A stretch of DNA of 37,914 nucleotides from Anaerolineales bacterium. Lineage in GTDB: Bacteria > Chloroflexota > Anaerolineae > Promineifilales > Promineifilaceae. The notes below the pieces were generated by a model, which had not been told where the DNA came from, ran no database searches, and was given only the letters and a program-made list of their open reading frames with translations. Positions within the stretch are counted from its first letter, which is position 1; each line of letters starts with the position of its first letter. The position numbers and the translations under genes were made by a program. Positions 8,159 through 17,710 of this stretch are shown here, in pieces. Location of the stretch: positions 1-37,914 of the forward strand of contig JAGRDI010000025.1 in the NCBI GenBank assembly GCA_020432765.1, in the 5' to 3' direction.

Positions 8159-8680
8159 TTAGCGTAACCTGAAAGCCATTATAACTGCGATAATACCCCC
8201 AAGTATAGCAAATATGCCGATAACAGTTGGTAATGCCAATGTTGCAATAAATATATTGGCAAGCAGAAAAATACCAAAAAGCATACTAATTACACCCAAG
8301 ATACCAGCTCCCCAACCCGCGCCTTTGAAGGCTTGGACTATTCTGACAATCCCAACAATTAAACCTTGAAATCCCAAAATAATAATCAACACAGATCCGA
8401 CAACAAACGGACTCCAAAGAGGATGATCCAATACAACAAAGCCTGCAAGAATACCCAGAATACCAATGAACAGCTTCCAGCCCCACATTGTTTTGTCAAG
8501 AAAAATACTTACAATGGAGAAGATACCGCTGATTAACCAATAAATACCCAAAACTTGCACCAATACAACAGTTGTCATACCTGTATTGGTCAGTAGTAAG
8601 GCACCAATAATTATGGCAAAAATACCTTCAAGTAGGACAAGCCACCAGGGAATCCCTGATTCTTCAATTTTTGCTGCCAT
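8159..8680 (-). CDS. HdeD/DUF308-family integral membrane protein
   Basis: 173 aa with an AGGAGGAAATTT SD. It has six predicted TM helices with the repeated pattern typical of DUF308 (WWLVLLEGIFAIIIGALLL..., GIYWLISGIFSIV). Confidence 0.7.
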   Translation of the reverse strand: MAAKIEESGIPWWLVLLEGIFAIIIGALLLTNTGMTTVVLVQVLGIYWLISGIFSIVSIFLDKTMWGWKLFIGILGILAGFVVLDHPLWSPFVVGSVLIIILGFQGLIVGIVRIVQAFKGAGWGAGILGVISMLFGIFLLANIFIATLALPTVIGIFAILGGIIAVIMAFRLR

Positions 8681-8804
8681 AAATTTCCTCCTAGATCGTC
8701 TACTATGTGAAAAAAGCGAAAATTTTCATAGACATAACACTAAGTTTAACATAATCCATAAAAAAAGCCAGACCCAAAAATATTCAAGGAAGAGGGAAAT
8801 GATT

Positions 8805-8833
8805 TTGACAGGCAATGATGCCCGTGTTATACT
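8805..8833 (+). promoter_or_regulatory. Near-consensus sigma70 promoter for the tRNA cluster
   Basis: TTGACA (8805-8810), a 17-nt spacer, then TATACT (8828-8833). It sits about 44 nt upstream of the first tRNA. Confidence 0.7.
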
Positions 8834-8876
8834 TTTCGCCGCTCATTAAAATGGAAGTAGCAGACCCTTCCGATAT

Positions 8877-8964
<88 letters not shown>

Positions 8965-9002
8965 TCGTAGGTTTCTCTGCTGTAAATTGAGCATCTTTTT
9001 CT

Positions 9003-9092
9003 GGGGAGGTGCCAGAGTGGACGATTGGGGCCGCCTGCTAAGCGGTTAACGGTCTTAAAAGCCGTTCAAGGGTTCGAATCCCTTCCTCCCCG
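9003..9092 (+). tRNA. tRNA-Ser (anticodon GCT)
   Basis: Acceptor GGGGAGG/CCTCCCC, anticodon loop CTGCTAA, long variable arm AACGGTCTTAAAAGCCGTT and T-loop GGTTCGAATCC. Confidence 0.92.
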
Positions 9093-9167
9093 CCTTTATC
9101 GCCTAACAAATTAAAAAAACTTGCTACAGTTGGTAAGTTAGTATAAGGTTATAGGGTCATTATATAT

Positions 9168-9241
9168 GCGCCCGTAGCTCAGTGGATTAGAGCATTCGGC
9201 TACGAACCGAAGGGTCGGGGGTTCGACTCCCTCCGGGCGTA
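9168..9241 (+). tRNA. tRNA-Arg (anticodon ACG)
   Basis: GCGCCCGTAGCTCAGTGGATTAGAGC D-arm, anticodon arm TTCGG-CTACGAA-CCGAA and T-loop GGTTCGACTCC. Total length is 74 nt. Confidence 0.92.
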
Positions 9242-9261
9242 CTATAATCAACTTTGAAACG

Positions 9262-9296
9262 ATGCCCCACTTATAAAAGTGGGGCATTTGCTTTAC
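9262..9296 (+). terminator. Rho-independent terminator after the tRNA cluster
   Basis: The stem ATGCCCCAC (9262-9270) pairs with GTGGGGCAT (9280-9288) and is followed by TTGCTTT. Confidence 0.7.
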
Positions 9297-9353
9297 ATAT
9301 CTGCGTAATCTTTGATCACCTTTTTGACTCTGAATTGCCTTAAGGAATAATCT

Positions 9354-9695
9354 ATGAAAACACCAGCAGGAAAAGAATGCCGTTTTTATTACCAGGATTT
9401 TTTCCGCGGCCGCTCCGAACAAGAATGCCGCTTGATCAAAAACAATCCCGCATCTGCTGAATGGAAAGTCAAAGATTGTACGGATTGTCCAGTGCCAGAT
9501 ATTTTGCTTGCCAACAGTAGCCCCGACCTCGTCTTAGAAGCAACTATCAAAAAGGGGTTCATGGGTTTAAACCGCCATGTACAGGTACACGCTTCATGCA
9601 GCCGTCATTTGATTGAAGTACCTAAACCTGAGGTTGGTTGTTCAAAATGTGCCTCAGAAAAACCAGGGCTGAAAGAGTTATTTGGTGACGAATGA
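9354..9695 (+). CDS. Small Cys-rich hypothetical protein (possible metal-binding)
   Basis: 113 aa with an AAGGA SD 8 nt upstream. It has seven Cys residues, including CTDC and CSKC pairs. Its stop overlaps the next start (ATGA at 9692-9695). Confidence 0.55.
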   Translation: MKTPAGKECRFYYQDFFRGRSEQECRLIKNNPASAEWKVKDCTDCPVPDILLANSSPDLVLEATIKKGFMGLNRHVQVHASCSRHLIEVPKPEVGCSKCASEKPGLKELFGDE

Positions 9696-10423
9696 TCGAA
9701 GCGATTCTTTTTGATTTAGACGATACTTTATTGGGGAATGACATTGATAAGTTTATTCCCCATTATTTTGGATTATTGGGTCAATATGCAGCAGAACGGA
9801 TTGAACCACAGGAGTTCTTTCAGATTCTGCAGATCGGTACAGATGCGATGATTAGTAATCAGGACACGGCCGTTTCCAACCGCGATGTATTTTGGTCAAC
9901 ATTCGAACACCTCAGCAACCAAGACCCCGCAGAGATGGAATCATTTTTCAACATCTTTTATGCAACCCAATTTAACCAACTAGAAAAGTTTACCACCTGT
10001 CTGCCAACAGCCAATCCATTGATCAAGGCCTGCTTTGCCAAAGGTCTAAAAGTCGTCATAGCGACAAATCCCCTTTTTCCCCGTTCTGCAATAGAAGCAC
10101 GGTTACGCTGGGCACAAATACCGATAACTGAATTCGATTACAATTTGATAACAACCTACACAAACATGCATGCCGCCAAACCAAATCAGTCCTATTATCT
10201 AGAAATCCTCGACAAAATCGATTGTGTACTTGAAAAAGCATTAATGGTTGGTGACGACTGGGCCAACGATATCGAGCCTGCCACCGCCATTGGCTTGCAT
10301 ACCTACGGAATTGAGTGGCCGCAAAAAGCGAATCAAGATTTATCTCTACCGACTGCCAGCGGAACTTTAGCGGCATTATACGCACGAGTTCAGGCCGGTT
10401 GGCTTGAATCATTAGGCGTTTAA
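9692..10423 (+). CDS. HAD-superfamily hydrolase (subfamily IA-like)
   Basis: 243 aa with motif I ILFDLDDTLL, motif II VIATN and motif IV VGDDWANDI. Confidence 0.8.
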   Translation: MIEAILFDLDDTLLGNDIDKFIPHYFGLLGQYAAERIEPQEFFQILQIGTDAMISNQDTAVSNRDVFWSTFEHLSNQDPAEMESFFNIFYATQFNQLEKFTTCLPTANPLIKACFAKGLKVVIATNPLFPRSAIEARLRWAQIPITEFDYNLITTYTNMHAAKPNQSYYLEILDKIDCVLEKALMVGDDWANDIEPATAIGLHTYGIEWPQKANQDLSLPTASGTLAALYARVQAGWLESLGV

Positions 10424-10430
10424 GACGCTT

Positions 10431-10901
10431 ATGCAATTTCCCGCCCCCCGCGCTGAATTATTGATGGCCTTGGCAACATTCGCACAAACGCTGCAAGATA
10501 CCCTCACACAGCTAGATTTAGATTGGCGGCAACGGCCGTTACCAGATGAATGGTCACTCACCGAAGTGCTGTGTCATCTACGGGATGTGGAGCGTGAAGT
10601 CCACCATATCCGCTTTCGCGCCATTTTAACGCAGGATGTGCCATTTATGCCCGGCGCAGTCACCGATGAATGGGTGCAGCTGCGCAATTATGCTGCACAA
10701 GATGGCCCAGAAGCATTAAACAGCTTTCTCATCGCCCGCCAGAAAAACATTCTGCTTTTGACCGAATTGGAGGAAGAAGCATGGCAGCGCTACGGCCGTC
10801 ACGCCTTTTTCGGTCCTACGACTCTACACGAACTGGTTGATTTCATGACCAAACATGATGCGGCTCACTTGGAACAAATTCAGAAATTGATGGCAGCATA
10901 G
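10431..10901 (+). CDS. DinB-family (DinB_2) four-helix-bundle protein
   Basis: 156 aa. The His triad context is LCHLRDVEREVH ... HDAAHLEQI, and WSLTEVLCHL is typical of the DinB superfamily. Confidence 0.7.
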   Translation: MQFPAPRAELLMALATFAQTLQDTLTQLDLDWRQRPLPDEWSLTEVLCHLRDVEREVHHIRFRAILTQDVPFMPGAVTDEWVQLRNYAAQDGPEALNSFLIARQKNILLLTELEEEAWQRYGRHAFFGPTTLHELVDFMTKHDAAHLEQIQKLMAA

Positions 10902-10953
10902 CAAAGTGGCAAGGGTAAGACTCCTTGACTCCGCCAGCCCGCAACTTTGCAGC

Positions 10954-11655
10954 CTATTCTTTAAGCAGCGCCAGGCAATGTGGCCAAGGGTCATCGTCTT
11001 GTAACAAGGCATGCAGCGCCGGGCTGTCAGCATATACTCCGTGATAACGTGCGGGCAGTTGCGCGGCAATCTGCACCATTATCAAATGCGTATAAGCTGC
11101 CAAATCGCGTGAACGCACGCGCCGCCCTAAATTTGGCAACCTGAATGGTGCGCCGACATGTGCCTCCATTTGGGTGCGCTTCCAGCTACGCACATTGCCA
11201 AAAAGCACATTCGAATTGACTAAACCAACCGGTATAATGGGCACATTGCTGCGGCTGGCCAAAAAAGCGGCGCCATCTTTTGCCGGCTGCATTGTACCGT
11301 CTTTGCTGCGTGTACCTTCCGGTGCCAATCCAAAGACGACTCCTGATTTAATCATATCCAACGCTTGCTTGAGAGCACGACGATCAACATCACCGCGATT
11401 AATATAAATAGCCCCCAAATATTGCATGAGCGGGCCAAAAAGCCTATGCGCTTGCCATTTTTCACCAGCAAAAAAGCGCCATTTAGTAAGCGGAAAAACA
11501 AGCAACAAAATAGGCGTGTCAGCCGAACTCATATGGTTGACGACCACAATATAGGGGCCGTTTGCTGGGATGTTTTCCTTGCCAGTCACTGTAAGTGTAG
11601 AAATGGCGGCTTGGATAATTTTAAAGATGATTTTGGCTATGCGATATCTTAACAT
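10954..11655 (-). CDS. plsC: 1-acyl-sn-glycerol-3-phosphate acyltransferase
   Basis: 233 aa with the HX4D motif NHMSSAD, block III APEGTRS and an N-terminal hydrophobic segment. Confidence 0.85.
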   Translation of the reverse strand: MLRYRIAKIIFKIIQAAISTLTVTGKENIPANGPYIVVVNHMSSADTPILLLVFPLTKWRFFAGEKWQAHRLFGPLMQYLGAIYINRGDVDRRALKQALDMIKSGVVFGLAPEGTRSKDGTMQPAKDGAAFLASRSNVPIIPVGLVNSNVLFGNVRSWKRTQMEAHVGAPFRLPNLGRRVRSRDLAAYTHLIMVQIAAQLPARYHGVYADSPALHALLQDDDPWPHCLALLKE

Positions 11656-11656
11656 G

Positions 11657-12682
11657 TTAGCTGCCGATCTTTTTTCCTAGTACATTGATTTGGGTTGTAA
11701 CGGCCGTTCCTCCCGGTGGCAAAGCGTCAAAAACAAATGGGTAGACAGCCCCAGGAGCCAATTCAATCATCAAATCTTGCGTTTGGAACCCGGTTAATAT
11801 CCCATTTTGATCATAAAAAGTGATGACTAAATGTAATGCGGATGTACTATCTGCACCGCTATTCTGAATTTGACCCGAACCTTGTACACGGCCGTTTTTA
11901 GCCGTCCATTCTAAATCTGTTATTGTCAAATCCAAATAATATGAACCTGACCCATTCACGCTAAGTCCCTCGACAACCGTGACAACCGGGCTAACATTTT
12001 CTGGTAGTTCAGCAGCTAACACTGCAAATACGGCCGTTTCTTGTGTAGGAACAACGGCCATTTCCAACCAAGTCGTATAACTCTGTATAGTTTGACCATT
12101 GGGTGTCTTCAAATCAACGAGTAACGCAACATCTTCAACAGCCAACTCCCCCACATTTTTAACCGCTCCTACGATCCAGGTCGTGCCAACTGGATTAGGA
12201 TAAAGCTGGACATCCACGACTTCTAATTGGAATGGAACGGCCGTGCCGACAACTTCAATATCCAACAAGCCCGGCTCAATGGTTGGTAACAGTAATGCTT
12301 GTCCCACTAATAGAATATTAGGATCCAACCCAGGATTGAGCGTCGTGATTGTCTCTATTGTTGTGCCTTGACGCGCCGCAATGGCAGCAACTGTGTCACC
12401 CTCTTGAACCATATAGATCAAAGGCGTTGGTGATACAGTCACTGTGGGAAACGGAGTTGCTGTGGCAGCTTGTTGAAAGTTCGACACAGTCGGCGGTGGT
12501 GGGGTTGTCAATTCAATTCCAATTTGTAATGTCGCTGTTGGCGGCAAAGTTGGTGGTAATACTGTTTGCGTATTATCAGGAGGAGATTGACAGCCATTTA
12601 AACCAATAATCAGTGCCACTATCGTAAAAATTTGAGTGATGCTTAACCCATCGACACGCATATTTTTTTTGCTTCTCACCAT
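11657..12682 (-). CDS. LysM-domain secreted lipoprotein-like protein
   Basis: 341 aa. It has a signal with a lipobox-like LNGC, a PT-rich linker, a LysM domain (YMVQEGDTVAAIAARQGTTIETITTLNPGLDPNILLVGQALLLP) and a beta-rich C-terminal region. Its stop lies 1 nt from the plsC start, so the two are probably co-transcribed. Confidence 0.75.
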   Translation of the reverse strand: MVRSKKNMRVDGLSITQIFTIVALIIGLNGCQSPPDNTQTVLPPTLPPTATLQIGIELTTPPPPTVSNFQQAATATPFPTVTVSPTPLIYMVQEGDTVAAIAARQGTTIETITTLNPGLDPNILLVGQALLLPTIEPGLLDIEVVGTAVPFQLEVVDVQLYPNPVGTTWIVGAVKNVGELAVEDVALLVDLKTPNGQTIQSYTTWLEMAVVPTQETAVFAVLAAELPENVSPVVTVVEGLSVNGSGSYYLDLTITDLEWTAKNGRVQGSGQIQNSGADSTSALHLVITFYDQNGILTGFQTQDLMIELAPGAVYPFVFDALPPGGTAVTTQINVLGKKIGS

Positions 12683-12715
12683 CTACACCACATTGACGAA
12701 GGAGTATAGCCGTTT

Positions 12716-15160
12716 TTGTTGATTGCGCGAAAAACATGTTACACTCTGGCATACTGTCCTATGTTTAGACGATTTTTACCGCATAAATGGCGTACCAATA
12801 TTTGGCTCTTACGTTTCCTGGATGGAACTGCTTTGTTCATCATGCTTCTGGTTGCCATCTGGTTAGCAACGCAGCGCCTGGGCACAGCGGAGCTTATTCT
12901 TTTACTACTTCTCTATATCATCACCATTAATTTCAGTTTACCGGGTGTGCAAGGGGTTGTTGGCCTGGTGCCCATTGTTTCTGTTACCAGTTTGTTAATT
13001 ATGGATTTGGAAACGGCCGTTGCGTTGGCAGTCGTCAGTGTCGTCTTGGCTGAATTTGCGCGTCCATTATGGGAACCAATTTGGCAAAATATTGAAGTAC
13101 GCCGCCCAAGTTGGAAAGAGCGTGGTTCAACAGCCTTGGTCTACCTGGCTGCGATCACAAGCGCAGGTTTTGTTTATCGCGAATTAAGTGGCCAAATTGC
13201 CTTGAGTGCTATAAACAATGCCGACCTGGCAAAATTTGGGGCATTAGCAATAACGTATAGCAGCGTTTATTATATGCTGGCCTTACTCTTTTGGCTTTTA
13301 CGCAAACGGCCGCTGCGAAAATTTCTGCAAGACCATACCTTCGCCATCCTGGCTGTGACGCTGCTTTCACAACCATTTGCCTTATTTGGTGGGTTGGTAT
13401 TTATCCTGGGCGGTCTGCCGATTTTTGTCATTTTTTGTCTCAGTGTCCTCTTCATTAGTTTATTGTTATGGTTATTTTGGCAGCGCAACTTTGTCATGCA
13501 GTTACGCTTAACCCAATTTTCAATCTTAAACAACGTTGGGGCATCATTACGCGAAACTTTAGAACTGCCTCAAGTGCTCATACGCACACTAAAAACAATC
13601 GAGAGTTTGATTCCCGCCGAGCAATATATTATTGCATTAGTGGACGAAAACAATCAATGGCAACGGCCGTATATCACTGACTCCGGCACAATCGACATCA
13701 ACTCGTTCATACCTAATGATCTCATGCGCTGGGTTGCAGCCGAAGGGCGCGTTTTAGAACTTAATTCCCAAAATATGCATTTCGCAGAGCGGCATCAAAT
13801 CATGCTGCCCAATCCCAATCCTGACGCCTGGTTAGGTGTCCCCCTGCGCAGCACCGAGCATACCATCGGGGTATTAGGTGTTCAACGCATGCCGCCGCAG
13901 GGTTCTTTTAGCCGTTGGAGCCGCGAAGTTTTATTGGCTGTCGGCGGACAAGCCAGCGCTGCCATCCAAAATGCACGTCTTTACAGTGAAACCGTGCGCC
14001 TTTACAACTTAACCGACGAAGCGCTAGCCCAACGACTTAAGCAGTTAAATGCACTCCTAAATACGATGCAAGAAGGGGTGTTGATGGTCGACACAAACGG
14101 CCGTATTGTGCTTGTCAACACCTTCGCCGCCCAATTATTAGGCAAACCCGCCCGCAGCCTACTCAATCAACCTCTTGACGACAGTAAAGCGTCAGCGGCA
14201 TTAGGTTATGCTCCTGTTGAACTGGCTGACCTACTGCAATTGTTATGTCAAAAGCAAATACCTGAAAGTTTACGCATTACATTTGAAACCAATTTTTCAT
14301 ATGATGACAAACTTGTGCGCTTTTTAGAGCGCAGCGAAGAAGCGGTCATTGCCAAGGAAGGACAAATCATCGGCTGGCTGATGCTCTTTCGCGATGTCAC
14401 TGAAGAATATGAACTGGCCGAACAACGCACTGACCTAACCCGAATGATCGTACATGATCTGCGCAATCCAGTGACGACATTCATCAGCAATATGTATCTG
14501 GTCGATTCGCTGCTGCCTGTTGACGAGCCGCCACAAATGGACACCCATCAAGTCAGGGCAGTTCAAACGGCCGTTGCCAATGCCCGCCAAAGCAGTTACG
14601 ACATGCTCGACATGGTTGATTCACTCATGGATATCAATCGCATGGAAGCTGGTCAGGTCACAATTGAGGTAGATGGCATCAACCTGGTGCGAATAGGCGA
14701 AAAAGTCGTCAGCCGTTTACAGGTCTTAGCCGCCCAACGCCACATCACACTTGAATTCACTGCCGAGTCTGACCTTCCAGCTGTTTGGGCAGATGAAGAT
14801 ATGATTCGGCGTGTATTGGTCAATATCATTGACAATGCAATCAAATTTACTCCAGAAGGCGGCCACGTATCTTGCGAGATCGTCACCGAGCCGGCGCGAG
14901 AATCAACCCATGAGCCAGGTGCACGCTGCATTATCAATGACAGTGGTCCAGGAATTCCTGCCGAAGATAAAGACAAAATATTTGACCGCTATATGCGTAC
15001 TAATCAGGGTGGCGCGCGTGTCAGAGGCACCGGTCTGGGCTTGACTTTTTGTAAACTGGCGGTTGTGGCACATAACGGCCGTATCTGGGTAGAAGACGCG
15101 CCAGGCGGGGGCAGCCAATTTGTCTTTACACTGCCCGGCATCCCGATTTTGTTCGATTGA
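12716..15160 (+). CDS. Orphan sensor histidine kinase: polytopic membrane domain, then GAF, PAS, HisKA and HATPase_c
   Basis: 814-aa ORF from a TTG at 12716; the ATG at 12761 is an alternative start. About 7-8 TM helices occupy the first ~270 aa. GAF-like LGVPLRSTEHTIGVLGV, PAS MQEGVLMVDTNGRIVLVN, H-box VHDLRNP, N-box IDNAIKFTPEGG, G1 DSGPGIP, G2 GTGLGL. No response regulator is adjacent. Confidence 0.85.
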   Translation: MLIARKTCYTLAYCPMFRRFLPHKWRTNIWLLRFLDGTALFIMLLVAIWLATQRLGTAELILLLLLYIITINFSLPGVQGVVGLVPIVSVTSLLIMDLETAVALAVVSVVLAEFARPLWEPIWQNIEVRRPSWKERGSTALVYLAAITSAGFVYRELSGQIALSAINNADLAKFGALAITYSSVYYMLALLFWLLRKRPLRKFLQDHTFAILAVTLLSQPFALFGGLVFILGGLPIFVIFCLSVLFISLLLWLFWQRNFVMQLRLTQFSILNNVGASLRETLELPQVLIRTLKTIESLIPAEQYIIALVDENNQWQRPYITDSGTIDINSFIPNDLMRWVAAEGRVLELNSQNMHFAERHQIMLPNPNPDAWLGVPLRSTEHTIGVLGVQRMPPQGSFSRWSREVLLAVGGQASAAIQNARLYSETVRLYNLTDEALAQRLKQLNALLNTMQEGVLMVDTNGRIVLVNTFAAQLLGKPARSLLNQPLDDSKASAALGYAPVELADLLQLLCQKQIPESLRITFETNFSYDDKLVRFLERSEEAVIAKEGQIIGWLMLFRDVTEEYELAEQRTDLTRMIVHDLRNPVTTFISNMYLVDSLLPVDEPPQMDTHQVRAVQTAVANARQSSYDMLDMVDSLMDINRMEAGQVTIEVDGINLVRIGEKVVSRLQVLAAQRHITLEFTAESDLPAVWADEDMIRRVLVNIIDNAIKFTPEGGHVSCEIVTEPARESTHEPGARCIINDSGPGIPAEDKDKIFDRYMRTNQGGARVRGTGLGLTFCKLAVVAHNGRIWVEDAPGGGSQFVFTLPGIPILFD

Positions 15161-15250
15161 TTTTTAACTTACTACGAAGACCCCAAGGATTTGCAGCAGC
15201 ATAATGCCAAATCAATACAAACCAAACCCTTAGGGACTAAAAGGAAAAAT

Positions 15251-16644
15251 ATGACTAACAACCCATTTCTCACAATTGACCAACAAATTGTAGGTGATAT
15301 TTACACCAACAATGAACTAATGGAAAATCTCACAATCCTTTGTGACGATTTTGGATCACGCTTCGGCGGGACACCTGGAGAACGTCAAGCGGCGGAGTTT
15401 ATGCGCGACAAACTGGTCGCTTATGGTCTCAGCAATGTACACCTTGAACCCATCGATTATATCGGTTGGCGGCGTGGCGCAGTCACATTAGAGATAACCA
15501 ACCCTATCCAAAAAACGATTCCCTGCATCACCTTACCCCATTCGCCAGCGACTCAGTTGGAATGCGTTTTAGTTGACATGGGCGATGGTGCACCCGAAGA
15601 TTTTGAGAACCGCGCTGCTGAAATTGCCGGGAAAATTGTGCTGACCAACAGCAAAACTGATCCAGGCGATGGCAAACGCTGGGTACATCGTAATGAAAAA
15701 TACGGCCGTTCTATCCTAGCAGGTGCCACCGGATTCATTTTCGTTAATCATTATCCCGGTTTTGGCCCCGCAACTGGTGGCATTGCGCCCGACAATGGTG
15801 GTGCCGCACATGTACCAGGCATTTCGATCAGCTACGAAGACGGTGCTTTTCTACAACGATTGATAAAACGCAAAGGGGAAGTCTCCATACGTCTCACCAG
15901 TGAGGATGTGATTGAACCAATGGTTTCTTGGAATGTCATCGCGGAACTACCCGGTAATGTAGAACCCGACCAAATCATCATGTTAGGCTGTCATTATGAT
16001 GGCCATGACATCTCCCAAGGAGCAGCCGACCCTGCTTCGGGCACGGTTGCGCTGCTAGAAGCCGCGCGCACATTAGCAAAATATGCACCTGATCTACCTT
16101 TTACCGTGCGTTTTGTTTTATGGGGTGTTGAAGAAATCGGTTTATTTGGTTCCACACAGTATGTTGATAAACATCGCGACGAACTCGATCAAATCCGTTT
16201 TTATTTGAATATGGATATGGCGGGTGCCATCGATCCAAAAGATATTGTCCTCAACGAATGGCCGGATTTGGCATTGATTTTCGAGGAATGGCGCACAGAA
16301 ATGGCTTAGAGTTTGATATTGGGCAGTCAGTCAGCGCACATTCAGACCATTTCCCATTTTTAATGGCAGGTGTACCAACTGGCGGCATTGGCAGCGTTAA
16401 GCCGAAACTAGGAGGTCGTGGTTATGGCCATACGAAATATGACACACTCGACAAAGTGAATATTCGCAGTTTACGTGAGGCTGCGGTTTTGGCAGCCAGA
16501 CTGGCGCTGCGCATGGCTGGTAAAGAAATCTGGCCAGCAGCCAAACGCGATCAGAAGGCTGTGGCAGCACTGTTCGATAAACCTGAATATCGTGAAGAAG
16601 CGGCGCTGTTTGCACGCGTGAAAGCTTTTTTATCAGATCAGTAG
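15251..16644 (+). pseudogene. M28-family (PA-domain) aminopeptidase interrupted by a single frameshift (ORFs 15191/15251..16309 and 16258..16644)
   Basis: The first ORF carries the M28 N-terminal and PA regions and the metal ligands (HYDGHD, GAADPASG, GVEEIGLFGS, LNMDMAG). The second ORF, offset by one frame, carries the C-terminal HSDHFPF motif. The two overlap at 16258-16309. The likely real start is the ATG at 15251, after AAAAGGAAAAAT. Confidence 0.8.
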
Positions 16645-16668
16645 GCGAGCAATCAGATTGTTCGCAGT

Positions 16669-16701
16669 TCAGCTAGTCAACCGATTTTACTGATTAGCTG
16701 A
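16669..16701 (+). terminator. Hairpin downstream of the M28 peptidase (possible terminator without a U-tract)
   Basis: TCAGCTAGTCA (16669-16679) pairs with TGATTAGCTGA (16691-16701): 11 bp including one G-T pair, with an 11-nt loop. No T-run follows. Confidence 0.3.
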
Positions 16702-16733
16702 CTGCAGGCAAACTGATCCATTCTATAACGAGT

Positions 16734-17366
16734 TTGTTTATGACATTTCCAAATACGGCCGTACTCGCCCCACTTCTCAAAGAATTATCCCAAATGCACC
16801 GACATCTGTGCCCGCGCCAGGTTTTGGGCATTCGCATGGGACTTTTTGGTTTGCGCCAAATGGGACTGATTGAATCGGATTACCAACCGCGTTACCAGAA
16901 CAAACGCAAACAATTGCTGTGTATCATGGAGTCTGATGGCTGCGGTGCAGATGGCGTGGCTGTGGCTACTGACTGTTTTGTAGGCAATCGCACCTTGCGC
17001 GTATTAGATTACGGCAAGATGGCCTGTACGCTGGTCGATACACACACTGAAAAAATGCTGCGCATCATTCCACATCCTAACGCCCGACAACTCGCACACC
17101 AATATGCACCTAATTCTGCCAGCCGCTGGCATACCTATCTGGATGGATATCAAATCATTCCAGACCATTTATTATTAATCACGCAAGATGTAATTTTAAC
17201 CCAATCGATATCCGAAATTCTCAGTCGGCCAGGAATTCGCGTAAATTGTGCGCAGTGTGGTGAGGAAATTGTGAATCAGAGAGAAGTGATTGTCAACGGC
17301 CGTATGCTTTGCCGTTCATGTGCTGGAGATAGTTATTTCAAAAAAGCAGAATGGAATGCGGAGTAA
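16734..17366 (+). CDS. FmdE/FwdE-domain protein with a C-terminal zinc ribbon
   Basis: 210 aa from a TTG at 16734, with an alternative ATG at 16740. It has the HRHLCPRQVLGIRMG motif, a DGCGADGV segment and a C-terminal CAQCGEE...CRSC ribbon, matching the FmdE family layout. Confidence 0.7.
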   Translation: MFMTFPNTAVLAPLLKELSQMHRHLCPRQVLGIRMGLFGLRQMGLIESDYQPRYQNKRKQLLCIMESDGCGADGVAVATDCFVGNRTLRVLDYGKMACTLVDTHTEKMLRIIPHPNARQLAHQYAPNSASRWHTYLDGYQIIPDHLLLITQDVILTQSISEILSRPGIRVNCAQCGEEIVNQREVIVNGRMLCRSCAGDSYFKKAEWNAE

Positions 17367-17385
17367 ACTTGTCTTTCCGCATTCC
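17353..17385. terminator. Perfect 10-bp hairpin at the convergent FmdE/PspC junction, overlapping the FmdE stop codon
   Basis: GGAATGCGGA (17353-17362) pairs with TCCGCATTCC (17376-17385) around a 13-nt loop that contains the TAA. It is followed by the 10-nt palindrome AATTCGAATT (17388-17397). Confidence 0.4.
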
Positions 17386-17403
17386 ATAATTCGAATTCCG
17401 TAT

Positions 17404-17598
17404 TTATTTACGTGGCATAATAATCCACAATAGAAGATAGGGTAAAATTCCGGGCAACCCACCAGGGAGCATGAGGATCAAGAATAGCAGGCGGAACCAG
17501 AATGGATTAATGCCAAAGAAAGCACCTAAGCCGCCACAAACACCTGCAAATATCCCATTTTGACGCTGCAATCGTTTTTCTTTTGTTACTTGTGTCAT
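17404..17598 (-). CDS. PspC-domain small membrane protein
   Basis: 64 aa: MTQVTKEKRLQRQNGIFAGVCGGLGAFFGINPFWFRLLFLILMLPGGLPGILPYLLLWIIMPRK, a typical PspC domain. A strong SD (AAGGAGGATAATTAAA) precedes the ATG at 17598. The longer 125-aa ORF call is rejected. Confidence 0.8.
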   Translation of the reverse strand: MTQVTKEKRLQRQNGIFAGVCGGLGAFFGINPFWFRLLFLILMLPGGLPGILPYLLLWIIMPRK

Positions 17599-17710
17599 TT
17601 TAATTATCCTCCTTGATAATGATTTGTTTTTTGTCGATTCATATGCCATTACGCAAGAAAACAAGCGGAGTTGCCCGGTGTAAATCAGTTTACAAAATTG
17701 ATTGCGCCTA

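Noticed and set aside
9138-9422. 94-aa minus-strand ORF across the tRNA-Arg region
   Set aside because: It runs antisense through tRNA-Arg(ACG) and its terminator and overlaps the start of the plus-strand Cys-rich ORF. It has no SD and is an ORF-finder artefact.
16258-16309. Programmed ribosomal frameshifting in the M28 peptidase
   Set aside because: The overlap contains no X XXY YYZ slippery heptamer and no obvious downstream stimulatory pseudoknot or hairpin. An indel, either real or a sequencing error, is the simpler explanation.
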